The notes under the pieces are model-generated. The model was not told where the DNA came from and ran no database searches. It saw nothing but the letters and a program-made list of their open reading frames with translations. The position numbers and the translations under genes were made by a program. Below are positions 28,841 through 38,571 of a DNA stretch of 64,000 bases, in pieces. Each line of letters starts with the position of its first letter. Positions within the stretch are counted from its first letter, which is position 1. The stretch comes from Planctomycetota bacterium (lineage in GTDB: Bacteria; Planctomycetota; Brocadiia; JAADGH01): assembly GCA_040755855.1 (NCBI GenBank), contig JBFMAD010000006.1, positions 1-64,000 on the forward strand, written 5' to 3'.

Positions 28841-30100
28841 ATGACGTCTTCCACGATGCATGAGGCGAGCCTCAACGCCTCAGGCATTGTTTATATGGAC
28901 CATGCCACTACGACTCCCGTCCATCCCGACGTGCTCCGGGAGATGCTGCCCCTCTTCACCGAACACTTCGGCAGCCCGTCCCAGATCTACTCCCTCGGCC
29001 AGCAGGCCGCAGAGTGTGTGCAGGATGCCCGGCTCAAAACCGCACGGCTGATCGGCGCGCGGGCCAAGCATATTTACTTCACCAGCGGCGCTACCGAGGC
29101 CAACAACTGGGCCGTCAAGGGCGCTGTCATCAAGCTCCGAGGCAAGGGAAACCACATCATCACCTCCGCTGCCGAGCACAGCAGCATCCTCGATGCCTGC
29201 AAGCAAGTCGAGAAACAGGGAATTGAAGTTACCCTACTCCCGGTGGATCGCCATGGCGTCGTATCGCCGGACGACGTGAAGGCCGCAATCAGCGACAAGA
29301 CCATCCTCATCACCATCGGCCACGGCAACATCGAGGTCGGGACCATCAACCCCATCGCCGAGATCGGCGCCATCGCCCGCGAGCGCGGCGTCCTCTTCCA
29401 CACCAACGCCGCCCAGACGGCCGGCAAGATCAAGATAGACGTAGAGCAGATACAGTGCGACTTACTTTCCTTCTCGGCGCATAAGTTCTACGGCCCCAAG
29501 GGCGTCGGCGCGCTCTTCATGGCCCAACCCAAGCTCATCGCCCCCCTGCACCAGGGCGGGTCGCAGGAGCGCAACCTGCGCGGCGGCACACACAACGTCC
29601 CCGGCATCATCGGCATGGGCAAGGCCGCGGAACTCGCCCTCGCCAACATGGCCGACGACGCCAGGCGCATTGACGCCCTGCGCGACCGGCTGCGCGACCG
29701 GCTGCTGGATCGAATCAAGGACATCCATGTCGTGGGCCATCCCACCCAGCGCGTGCCGGGCAACCTCGCCATCACCGTAGACGGCGTTGAAGGCGAGGCC
29801 ATGCTGCTCCACCTGGATATGGCGGGCGTGTGCGTCTCCAGCGGCTCGGCCTGCACGGCGGGGACCCTTGAGCCGTCGCACGTGCTCCTGGCCATGGGGC
29901 TTTCCCACGAGCACGCCCACGGCTCGATCCGCTTCAGCCTCGGCGCAGGCAATACCGAGGCCCACGTGGACCGCGTCCTTGACGTCTTCCCTAAGATCGT
30001 GGATACTCTCCGAAGGATGTCCCCCACGTATCCTACCAAGAGTTGCTGTAATGGTTCATGCCGACAAAAAGACGGAGACCGGCAAGAGCAAACCCAGTAA
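28841..30100 (+). CDS. iscS: cysteine desulfurase (IscS/NifS class I)
   Basis: YMDHATTTP, FTSGATEANN, SAHKFYGPKGVG, SSGSACT, PSHVLLAMG. Confidence 0.88.
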   Translation: MTSSTMHEASLNASGIVYMDHATTTPVHPDVLREMLPLFTEHFGSPSQIYSLGQQAAECVQDARLKTARLIGARAKHIYFTSGATEANNWAVKGAVIKLRGKGNHIITSAAEHSSILDACKQVEKQGIEVTLLPVDRHGVVSPDDVKAAISDKTILITIGHGNIEVGTINPIAEIGAIARERGVLFHTNAAQTAGKIKIDVEQIQCDLLSFSAHKFYGPKGVGALFMAQPKLIAPLHQGGSQERNLRGGTHNVPGIIGMGKAAELALANMADDARRIDALRDRLRDRLLDRIKDIHVVGHPTQRVPGNLAITVDGVEGEAMLLHLDMAGVCVSSGSACTAGTLEPSHVLLAMGLSHEHAHGSIRFSLGAGNTEAHVDRVLDVFPKIVDTLRRMSPTYPTKSCCNGSCRQKDGDRQEQTQ

Positions 30101-30842
30101 TCCTCTGCGGCTTGCGTCGTTTGTCTTCTTGCTGTTCTCGCTGTGGTTTCTGGGCACGGCGCTCTACTCGCGCTGGCTCATCGCTCCGACGCTGGGAACC
30201 ACGGCCGCAGACCCCGCGCGGCGGGATGACGCCCGCCGGCTGATGAAACGGGCCGCATGGCTGGCCTTCGGCGATGCCGTCTTCGAGGAGAAACTGCACG
30301 ACGGCCATACCCCCGAGTGCGTCTCCGGCAAGTCCCTGGCCGACATGGAGAGCGATTTCACCCGGCTCCTCGCCGACGAGCGCAAGACGGCGGAACGGCT
30401 CGTCATGATCCCCGACCCCGTCGCCGCCGAGAGGTACGGCCCGCGCTGCGCGCAGTTCGTCAATGACCTGAAGGTCCAACGATCGGAGGGAAGGGGGCCG
30501 TCGGACGCCGACGCCCTGGCGACGATCATGGTATCTGTGGAATTCTACGTAACTGCCCGCATCGCGCAGCAATACGGTGAACGCGCCGCCGCTCTCCTCC
30601 TTGAGCTTCGCTCACTCCAGAGGAACAATACACTTACTCAGGAGAAGCGCGACGATCTGGACCGGCGTTGGCGGCAGATTGCCGAGAGGGAGATCGCCGA
30701 CTTCCAGCAGTTGGTGATGATTAACGGACGCAACGGATATGTCTTCGGCGGGTATCTCCTCCTGGCCTCGATAGGGTTTCTGCTCATCTCCCGCTTCGCC
30801 CGCTCCTTCATTCCCCAGGAGCCGGTCGAAAAGTCGGCTTGA
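30051..30842 (+). CDS. hypothetical protein with two TM helices
   Basis: TM near each end of a helical domain; start inferred at ATG 30051, overlapping iscS. Confidence 0.55.
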   Translation: MVHADKKTETGKSKPSNPLRLASFVFLLFSLWFLGTALYSRWLIAPTLGTTAADPARRDDARRLMKRAAWLAFGDAVFEEKLHDGHTPECVSGKSLADMESDFTRLLADERKTAERLVMIPDPVAAERYGPRCAQFVNDLKVQRSEGRGPSDADALATIMVSVEFYVTARIAQQYGERAAALLLELRSLQRNNTLTQEKRDDLDRRWRQIAEREIADFQQLVMINGRNGYVFGGYLLLASIGFLLISRFARSFIPQEPVEKSA

Positions 30843-31033
30843 ATACGGCCCGGGGCCGCTGAAATCCGGCGAATTGTGTTACCCGGTCGCCCCTCACACC
30901 ACATACAGTAGGGAGTTCGTTCGGTTGATCTTAATGCGGCGGATTCTTCCGTTAGTTTGTGGGAATCAGCGTGAATCTGTGTCTATGTGCTCACACGTAC
31001 GATAGGCGGGCGGTGTCCGCTCTCATTATTTGC

Positions 31034-31062
31034 TTGAAAAAAACGCCCCTGTATGGTACTAT
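31034..31062 (+). promoter_or_regulatory. sigma70 promoter with extended -10
   Basis: TTGAAA-N17-TACTAT with TG. Confidence 0.6.
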
Positions 31063-31094
31063 GCCTTTGTGAGCGGTAAACTTATGGAGTCACC

Positions 31095-33299
31095 ATGCAT
31101 CGCATCGTCCGCACCGCATGCAGATATGGTGTGCTTTTTTTGTGGCTCGCTGCCCCCGCCGTGGGCGCGGGACGGCCGGATTGGTGGGACCCGGCATGGA
31201 AGTGCCGGCAGTGCGTCCGAATTTCCACCCCCGACAAGACCAACCGCATAAACACCGCCCTCGCCGTCATTGACACCCTCGGCCGCTGCTTACCAAAGGG
31301 GGTGGATATCCGCGTCCTGGACGAAAAGAACCAGCCGCGGTCCTACCATGTGGTGGATGAGAAAAACGGCGTGGTCCGCGTCCAGTTCCACGTGCCCAAC
31401 GGGACGGTGAGCAAGTATTGGATTTACTACGGCAACAAGGCGGCCCCGGCGGGCGAGACACCCTGGGAGAAAGTGATGGGGCAGCTAACCCTCGAGACTT
31501 GGCGCTTTCCCAGCCAGCAGTCCCCCGGCAGTTGGCAGCAGATGGTCGGCATTCGGGACAAGATCCAGAAGGAAACGCAGCGCCTCGGCGTCGGACCGCG
31601 GGAGTGGATCAACGAGCGGGAGAACCCTTTCGGGGAAAACGACTACTACATGGCGATCTATAACGGCGAGATATTCTGCCCGGAGAGCGGGGAGTATGGT
31701 TTCGCCACTAACTCCGACGACGCGTCGTTCCTCCTGATCAACGACAACCTTGTGGCGGAATGGCCGTACGGCCATGAGGAATCGAGGGGATGGGACCACA
31801 ACGGAACGATCTCGCTGGAGCGGGGGATCCATCGAATTACCTACTACATGGTGGAAAATACCGGCGGGCAGTTGGCTCGGGCTGGCTGGAAGCCGCCGTC
31901 GGAGAAGTACTTCGCCACCATCCCCAAGGACGCCTACGTTCAGGAGCTACGGACGGAGGTGACGTCCTATGAGGAATATGAGACCAACATCTCTTGCTAC
32001 TTCACCTGCGACCGGGTGCAGAGCATCCGATTCAACAGCGACGAGCGCGATTTTGTGACGATGCGATTCCGCGACTGCTCCACAAGCGCCCTGGGACAGG
32101 TGGTGTATTGGGATTGGGACTTCGGCGACGGAGGAAAAAGCCTGGACCAGAACCCTCGGCACGAGTACCTCAAGGCCGGCAAGTACAAGATGACGCTTCG
32201 GGCCAAGGATAATCTCGGCTTCGAGGCCAACTGCGCCCGGGAGATAGAGGTCGTGGGACAGGACCCGGAGCGCATCACGGTGCGATTCGACATCGAAAAG
32301 TCCCGCAACATCGTCCTGGCGGAGGAGCCGCTCGTTCTGGACCTCCGATTCCGCAGTTCGTCGGAAGAGACGCTTCCCCTCACCGTGGACACGCGCGTGG
32401 AGGACGCGGACAGCGGCCTGCTCTCCATGGAACGCGATGCGATGGAGCTGCAAGAGAACCAGTGGCACATCGTCCGCCGCAGCTATCCCGCGCGTTTGAG
32501 CAAGCATGTGCTCAAGTACACGCTGAGCTACCGGGACGTCCCTCTCGTGCGCCAGAAGGTAAGCGTCGTTCCGGCACCGGAGATCAAGACCCGCCTGGGC
32601 ATCCATCACAACAGTCTGGTGGATGACGAGGGCAACTTAGTGGTGCTTCGCACGGTGGAGTCCGTGGCCCAGGGGGCGCGGGAGCTGCTTCGTCGGAAGC
32701 TCCACGAGAAGGGCCCCCTGAAGATTGTGGTTTTCGACGACTCGCTCGGTCCTACCACACCCGGCAAAAATAGCTACCGCGACCTGTTGAAGGAGATGAT
32801 CTCCCAGAACGGCGGCCGCCCGGTGGAGATGAAGCTGGCCGGGCAGACGCAGGGGGCGTCGGAATTCCCGCTCTATGTCCGCTTGTGCGACTTCCCGGTG
32901 GATGTGGCGGCCGAGGAGCCGGATATCATCATCATCGTGTGCAGCATCGGCGACGTGCTCAACTACGTCCCGATCGAGATGTATCAGCGCTACCTGTCGG
33001 CGCTGGTGGACCAGGCGCTGGCCAGGCCGAAGGCCGCGCTGCTCCTGGTCTGTCCCCCGCCATTAGTGATGAAGCCGGACCTGAGCCGGGACTACGCCTA
33101 CGCGACGCTGCAGATGGGGCAGTTGAAGCGGCTTCCCGTGGTGGATCTCTACAGCGCCTTCTCCAACATGGGCACGCGCTGGAAGAAGCTGTTCCAGGAC
33201 GATCAGTATCAGAAAGACCCCGTCTATTGCCTCTACCCGAACAGTGAGGGGCAGCGAATCATCGCCGAGAAGATTTACCAAAAAATGATTGAGGAATAA
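31095..33299 (+). CDS. secreted DUF2341-like/PA14/PKD/SGNH-like multidomain protein
   Basis: Signal peptide, WWDPAW..R, YWIYYGN, FATNSDDAS (PA14), WDWDFGDG..S..QNP.H.Y (PKD), FDDSL...VVDLY..LYPN.EG (SGNH-like). Confidence 0.75.
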   Translation: MHRIVRTACRYGVLFLWLAAPAVGAGRPDWWDPAWKCRQCVRISTPDKTNRINTALAVIDTLGRCLPKGVDIRVLDEKNQPRSYHVVDEKNGVVRVQFHVPNGTVSKYWIYYGNKAAPAGETPWEKVMGQLTLETWRFPSQQSPGSWQQMVGIRDKIQKETQRLGVGPREWINERENPFGENDYYMAIYNGEIFCPESGEYGFATNSDDASFLLINDNLVAEWPYGHEESRGWDHNGTISLERGIHRITYYMVENTGGQLARAGWKPPSEKYFATIPKDAYVQELRTEVTSYEEYETNISCYFTCDRVQSIRFNSDERDFVTMRFRDCSTSALGQVVYWDWDFGDGGKSLDQNPRHEYLKAGKYKMTLRAKDNLGFEANCAREIEVVGQDPERITVRFDIEKSRNIVLAEEPLVLDLRFRSSSEETLPLTVDTRVEDADSGLLSMERDAMELQENQWHIVRRSYPARLSKHVLKYTLSYRDVPLVRQKVSVVPAPEIKTRLGIHHNSLVDDEGNLVVLRTVESVAQGARELLRRKLHEKGPLKIVVFDDSLGPTTPGKNSYRDLLKEMISQNGGRPVEMKLAGQTQGASEFPLYVRLCDFPVDVAAEEPDIIIIVCSIGDVLNYVPIEMYQRYLSALVDQALARPKAALLLVCPPPLVMKPDLSRDYAYATLQMGQLKRLPVVDLYSAFSNMGTRWKKLFQDDQYQKDPVYCLYPNSEGQRIIAEKIYQKMIEE

Positions 33300-33305
33300 G
33301 ATCGA

Positions 33306-34265
33306 ATGAAACACCAAGAAGCGCGGTTGGTAACCTCCGTCACGGGTATTCTGGTGATGTTCATCATCGGCGTCTCCGTGCTGGCGGGATTCATGCTCCT
33401 TCAGATTCGGTTCCAGCGGCAGAGGGAAGGGAAGCTGGAGCAGGACAAGGACCGTGTGGGCCAGTGGATGAAGGAGCGGGAGGGACTCGAGAAGCAACTG
33501 ACGGCCGTGCAGCAGAAAGGGGAGGCGGCGCAGGGCGCCATGGCTGAGGCCAAGGAGCAAATCCAACGGTTTGAGAAGACGCTGGCCATCGAAAAGGGCG
33601 CAAACGACAAGATTCGCGCTGAATTGAAGGCGCACTGGGAGCAACTGGAGACCGCCAAGGCCCAGATCGCCAAGGTGTCGGGAGAGCTGGCCGAGGCGAA
33701 GAGCAAGGCGACGGCGGACACGGCGGCCCTCGCCAAAGAGCGGGACCAGATCAAGGACCAGTTGCAGGCGGCGAACCAGGCAAAGGCCGATGCCGAGGGC
33801 AAGACCGCCGCGCTGGCTAAGGACCTCGAGGCCAAAACCGCCGCGACGAACGCGGCCATGGCCGAGCGGGACAAGGGCAAGATCGAGCTTCAGTCCCTGG
33901 CCAATGCCAAGGCCGCCGCTGAGGCCAAGGTCAACGAGCAGGCGAAGCAGCTCGCTGCTGCAGCCGACGATGCTCAAAAGCTGAACGCCACAATCCAGCA
34001 ACTGGCGGCGGCCAAGGCGGAGATCGAGAAGAAGCTGATGGGGCTTCAGGAGGCCAACGCCTCTCTGACGAACCAGGTCGAATCCGAGAAGGCCCGCGCC
34101 TCCAAGGCCGAGGGGACCGCCGCCGCCGCTCAAAAAGAGATTGACGATTTGAAGAAGCAGAAAAAGGACCTCGAGGCGCAGATCGCCGAGTTGAAAAAGC
34201 AGATCCCCCCGGCGAAACCGGCGGCTAAAGAGGGTTCGCAGCCGACAACCGCCGAGAAGAAGTAG
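33306..34265 (+). CDS. membrane-anchored long coiled-coil protein
   Basis: N-terminal TM then about 270 aa of A/K/E/Q heptads. Confidence 0.75.
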   Translation: MKHQEARLVTSVTGILVMFIIGVSVLAGFMLLQIRFQRQREGKLEQDKDRVGQWMKEREGLEKQLTAVQQKGEAAQGAMAEAKEQIQRFEKTLAIEKGANDKIRAELKAHWEQLETAKAQIAKVSGELAEAKSKATADTAALAKERDQIKDQLQAANQAKADAEGKTAALAKDLEAKTAATNAAMAERDKGKIELQSLANAKAAAEAKVNEQAKQLAAAADDAQKLNATIQQLAAAKAEIEKKLMGLQEANASLTNQVESEKARASKAEGTAAAAQKEIDDLKKQKKDLEAQIAELKKQIPPAKPAAKEGSQPTTAEKK

Positions 34266-34277
34266 GGGTAAGTGGTA

Positions 34278-36641
34278 ATGCGATATATCATTCGAACATG
34301 TTTCGCGCTTCTGCTGCTGGGCGGCCTTGTCGCGTCTGCGCAGCAGCAGGGCGAGGTCCTGTTCGATTTTGAGTCCACGCCGGGGGAATGGCGTCTGGAA
34401 AACGGGAATCCGCCGGAGATCGCATCGGGCCTCGGCGACCGCGCCGGCGGGGCGCTGGTCCTCCCCGTCTCATTCCCCCAGGATGCCGCGATCCTCTTTC
34501 GACAGAAAAAGAGTTGGACGGGCTGTGACCGGATTTCCTTCGACGTCTTTGTGCCCAAAGACGGCCCGCGCGACGTCCAGGCCATGGCCTATGTGGTTGA
34601 CAGCAATCACCATTGGTATCAAGCCTTGGAACGACGCTGGCTGGAACGGGGAAAATGGAATACGGTCACCTTCGACATCTCGGACGACTCCGACCGATGG
34701 GAGTTCGAGGGCCACTTCCAACCGTGGGACAGCTACGTCAAGCGCGATCTCTGCGAGGCGGGCATCAAACTCCTCAGCAAGAATACCTACCAGGGATCGG
34801 CGGCCATTGACAACATCCGCCTGTATTCCGTCTCGAAGAAGGGCAAGGTCCCCCCGCTGCAGCTCGTCAACTTCCGCACAAACCAGGAGACCGTCCCCCT
34901 CTACCACAAGTTTGAGATCACGTTCAATCTCTCGCGCAGCTACGAGAACCCCTTCGATCCCGACCAGATTGACCTCCGCGGCCATTTCATCTCCCCCAGC
35001 GGCAAGGTGACCACCGTCCCCGGTTTCTTCTATCGCAGTTACATCCGAACCATGCAGGCCAAAGGAGAAGACCTGTGGGAGGTCCTCACGCCCTTCGGCT
35101 GCAGCGAGTGGAAGATCCGATTCACCCCCACCGAAACGGGGACCTATCGGTTCTTTGTCGAAGTGGACGACGGCGACAACTTGAAGACCGGCATCCGCTC
35201 CTTCCAGGCCACTCCGTCCAAACGGCCGGGCTTTGTTCAGATCAGCAAGAGCGACCGGAACTACTTCGAGTGGACCAACGGCGATTTCTTCTATCCTATC
35301 GGCCACAACGTCACCGCCACGTTCGACGAGCGCAACGCAGCGAACCTCGGCATTGACCTGCTCTACCACCGCGGCACATGGGCCTACGACCGCTACTTCA
35401 AGGGCATGGCCGAGAACAAGGAGACCCTCGCCCGCGTCTGGATGTCGTCCTGGAACCTGGCCATCGAGTGGAGCCCCGAATACGCCTCCCACTACCAGGG
35501 GCTGGGACGCTACAGCATGGAGAACGCCTGGCGCATGGACTACATCCTCGAACAGGCCGAGGAAAAGGGCATCTACGTGGCGATCACCTTCGAGCCGCAT
35601 GGTCACTGGATCACCACCATCAAGGAAGAGAGCGACTGGCACTACAACCCCTACAGCAAGGAAGCCGGCGGAGAGCTGGAACACCCGGCCCAGTTCTTCC
35701 TCGAACCGGAGGCCAAGCGCCTCTACCTCCGGAAACTGCGATACATCCTCGCCCGCTGGGGATACAGCCCCGCCGTATTCTCGTGGGAGATCTTCAACGA
35801 GATTGACCTCGGCCACACCTACTATGCAAAGATGGCCACCCAGATCATCCAGTGGGAGAGAAGCATCGCACAGTACATCAAGGCCCAGGACCAGGGCAGG
35901 CACCTCATCACCAGCAACCGCTACTGGTGGGACAAGGCCGCCTACCTCCACCGCCAGCCGGAGATCGAATACACCTCCGCGCACCTATTCGGCGAGGACC
36001 CCATCGGCCAAGCCAAGAACGCCTACCGCGCCATGCTGCCGTACGAAAAAATATTCGTGATTTCGGAACTGGCAGAAAATGTCTACGGCGGCACGCGGGA
36101 ACGCACGGGAGAGTTCATGCACGTCGCCCTGTGGAGCAGCTACATGCTCCCCATGGCCACCCACGGCTGGCCGTGGTGGTGGGACTTCATTGACGAGGAA
36201 AACCTCTACTTCCACTTCAAGGCCCTCGCCAATTTCAACGAGGGCGAGGACCGGAGGGGCAAGAACCTGCAAACCGCCTCCTCCCCCAAGCCCGGCGAGC
36301 GGTGGGCTCCCGGCATGATCCTCATCGCTGCCGAGAATGGATCCAAGGTGGAGCGCGTGGGCGCGGAGTGCCTCTTCAACGACCAGCAGTTCCACGCATG
36401 GATTTACGACCAGAAGCTCATCGCCCCCACGTACGAGCAGTATCCCATGCCGCCGCGCCTCGTCCTGGCGGTTGACGGCCTGCGCAACGGCGTGTATGAC
36501 GTCGAGTTCTGGGACACATACAACGGGGTGGTCACGAGCCGGGCCGAGCTGCGCGTCCAGGGCGGGCCCGCCAAGCTCGCCCTCCCGAAATTCGAGAAGG
36601 ACATGGCCCTGAAGATCCGCCCCGCCTGCCGGGAAAAGTAA
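34278..36641 (+). CDS. secreted CBM-like + DUF5060 + GH5-like (clan GH-A) glycoside hydrolase
   Basis: YENPFDPDQID, WKIRFTP..GTY (DUF5060), ARWGYSP.VFSWEIFNE (acid/base), VISEL (nucleophile). Confidence 0.78.
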   Translation: MRYIIRTCFALLLLGGLVASAQQQGEVLFDFESTPGEWRLENGNPPEIASGLGDRAGGALVLPVSFPQDAAILFRQKKSWTGCDRISFDVFVPKDGPRDVQAMAYVVDSNHHWYQALERRWLERGKWNTVTFDISDDSDRWEFEGHFQPWDSYVKRDLCEAGIKLLSKNTYQGSAAIDNIRLYSVSKKGKVPPLQLVNFRTNQETVPLYHKFEITFNLSRSYENPFDPDQIDLRGHFISPSGKVTTVPGFFYRSYIRTMQAKGEDLWEVLTPFGCSEWKIRFTPTETGTYRFFVEVDDGDNLKTGIRSFQATPSKRPGFVQISKSDRNYFEWTNGDFFYPIGHNVTATFDERNAANLGIDLLYHRGTWAYDRYFKGMAENKETLARVWMSSWNLAIEWSPEYASHYQGLGRYSMENAWRMDYILEQAEEKGIYVAITFEPHGHWITTIKEESDWHYNPYSKEAGGELEHPAQFFLEPEAKRLYLRKLRYILARWGYSPAVFSWEIFNEIDLGHTYYAKMATQIIQWERSIAQYIKAQDQGRHLITSNRYWWDKAAYLHRQPEIEYTSAHLFGEDPIGQAKNAYRAMLPYEKIFVISELAENVYGGTRERTGEFMHVALWSSYMLPMATHGWPWWWDFIDEENLYFHFKALANFNEGEDRRGKNLQTASSPKPGERWAPGMILIAAENGSKVERVGAECLFNDQQFHAWIYDQKLIAPTYEQYPMPPRLVLAVDGLRNGVYDVEFWDTYNGVVTSRAELRVQGGPAKLALPKFEKDMALKIRPACREK

Positions 36642-36692
36642 CAACCCTGGGCCGTCTCGCACCGGGCATGCCATGCAAAGGAGAGGGAGAAA

Positions 36693-38393
36693 ATGCCAAA
36701 GACCTTTGCCCGTATCGTTGTCATCCGACCCAAAGCGATTGACATTCGTCCCCCTATCGAACTCTCCTTGAACATCCTGGGCATCCAGATGCTCCTCGAA
36801 CAGGAGGGTATCTGCCACGACGTCGGCACGGTCGATCGGGACTTCGCCGATGCGACCACGATCATCGTCGCCGATGTGCTGGGCCTGACGGAGGATGAGC
36901 AGCGCGCCGTCATGGACCTGGCCGACCACCTCCCCCTCCTGTACGTCGGTGTGCCTCTGGACGGGCCGTTGAAATCCGGGATGGGCCTGGAGCGCAGCCG
37001 GGTGATCGAGAACCCTCCCCTGCGCGTGGTGCAGCTCCCCCGCCATGCCATCGCCGCGGGGCTGTCCCTGCCGGAGGAGAGAAACCTTAAAATCAAATAC
37101 GCGCCCCATCTCGCGGATGACGGAACCAGCTCGTCGCGCCTGCGGGAGGCAGCGAGCGTCTGCCTGCACGACGGGCGCCGCATGGGCCCGGCTGTGCTCG
37201 TCTCCACGGAAAGACCGCGCAAGGTCGTCATCCCCTTCGCCCTCGGGCAGGCCGCGGCCTGCCAGGTCTTCAAGCACGGCGATCTGCGGTTCGACCTGGA
37301 CCTCTTCGACTACCCCCTGCACACGACGGTGGACTCCCTCCGCACGATCCTGCGCAACGCCATCCTGTGGGCGAACCCCGACGCCATCCTCCTGCGGCCA
37401 TACTACTGGCCCGTATGGAAGAGCGACATTCCCCACGGCTGCTTCTGCCTCAACCACGATCTCTGCGGCTACCGCAAGGAAGGGCTTGTCAACATCAAGG
37501 CCGCCTGCCGCAAGGCGCGGGCGACGACCACATTCTTCGACTTCCCGCCGTTTCGCCTGAAGGCCGGCGAGCCGGAGGGCCACGACGTCGCCATCCACGT
37601 CCCCGACTCGACGCCGTTGGAGAAAATTGTTGAGGCCCGCGCCGAGCTGGGCAAAATTCACAGCCGTGAGATTCGCGGCTGGCGCCGCCACGGTCCCACG
37701 TACCCCGAAAACTGGCCCGGCGTCTGGCAGCGCATGGAGGAGGCGGGGATCAAGTGGTCCACCGCATTCGGCGTCCAGACCATGTCGTGGACGATCCGCT
37801 CCGAGGGCACGGCCCAGGCCAATCGCCTCCCCGCGCGGGTGATTGACGGCCAGCGCGGCCGGCGCCTCAACATCCTGGAAATCCCATCCTTCGACTCCGA
37901 GGACGCCGAGCGACTGTCCGACATCCACTACGGTCCCAAGCTCGACTGGCCGACGTTCCACAGCTACGTAACCCGCCGACTCGACTTCGCCGCACGGCAC
38001 AACCTGATGGCCGGATACCTCATCCACGGTTGGACGGCGGGCGTGGCGAAGGAGGCCGACGGCCTTTACGGGGCGCTGGACGGTCAGCGGATGATGCGCG
38101 AAGTCCTTCGGATGGCGAAAGAGCGGCAGTTACTCACCCCCGGTCATGAGTGGGTCTATGACTGGTGGACCTGGCGGGAGAGGGTCCGCATCGCAGGCGG
38201 CCTCATCAACCTGCCTTCCGACGACTTCGCTCCGGCCATTGAGTTCCTGTCGGCCAGCAAGCTGCCCGCAGAGATGCAGGTCGGTGGCAGGCGGGTCCGT
38301 CTCCGCGAGTGGCCTGTCCGCCGGAGCAGGATGCTGGCGGTTGATCCCGGTCGCATCGGAACAACGTTCCAGATCGAATTTCTCTCCAAATAG
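36693..38393 (+). CDS. hypothetical protein, polysaccharide-deacetylase-like C-terminal domain
   Basis: CLNHDL, HDVAIH, GWRRH, YLIHGW, W..R motifs; RBS AGGAG. Confidence 0.55.
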   Translation: MPKTFARIVVIRPKAIDIRPPIELSLNILGIQMLLEQEGICHDVGTVDRDFADATTIIVADVLGLTEDEQRAVMDLADHLPLLYVGVPLDGPLKSGMGLERSRVIENPPLRVVQLPRHAIAAGLSLPEERNLKIKYAPHLADDGTSSSRLREAASVCLHDGRRMGPAVLVSTERPRKVVIPFALGQAAACQVFKHGDLRFDLDLFDYPLHTTVDSLRTILRNAILWANPDAILLRPYYWPVWKSDIPHGCFCLNHDLCGYRKEGLVNIKAACRKARATTTFFDFPPFRLKAGEPEGHDVAIHVPDSTPLEKIVEARAELGKIHSREIRGWRRHGPTYPENWPGVWQRMEEAGIKWSTAFGVQTMSWTIRSEGTAQANRLPARVIDGQRGRRLNILEIPSFDSEDAERLSDIHYGPKLDWPTFHSYVTRRLDFAARHNLMAGYLIHGWTAGVAKEADGLYGALDGQRMMREVLRMAKERQLLTPGHEWVYDWWTWRERVRIAGGLINLPSDDFAPAIEFLSASKLPAEMQVGGRRVRLREWPVRRSRMLAVDPGRIGTTFQIEFLSK

Positions 38394-38415
38394 TCCCCCT
38401 ATAGCCCGTTCGCCG

Positions 38416-38433
38416 TGTGCACAATCGTGCACA
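38416..38433. promoter_or_regulatory. palindromic operator-like site TGTGCAC-N4-GTGCACA
   Basis: Perfect 7-4-7 inverted repeat; its 15-bp core is repeated at 40578-40592. Confidence 0.5.
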
Positions 38434-38461
38434 TTAAATTGGCATAAGTTGCCATTTTAAC

Positions 38462-38490
38462 TTGACTTATGGCCAATCGTAGTGTAAACT
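38462..38490 (+). promoter_or_regulatory. sigma70 promoter
   Basis: TTGACT-N17-TAAACT. Confidence 0.6.
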
Positions 38491-38571
38491 AAAATACTAC
38501 GCTGATTGGCTCACACCTTGAACGGTTACCAGGCTTCACGCTGCGGCGGTGAAGGGAAAGGAGGCATTGCG

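Noticed and set aside
30895..30911. NrdR-box-like ACACCACATACAGTAG
   Set aside because: Single imperfect copy with no nucleotide-reduction gene adjacent.
38439..38453. TTGGCATAAGTTGCC as a sigma54 promoter
   Set aside because: Spacing is GG-N8-GC, not N10; a good sigma70 promoter lies just downstream.
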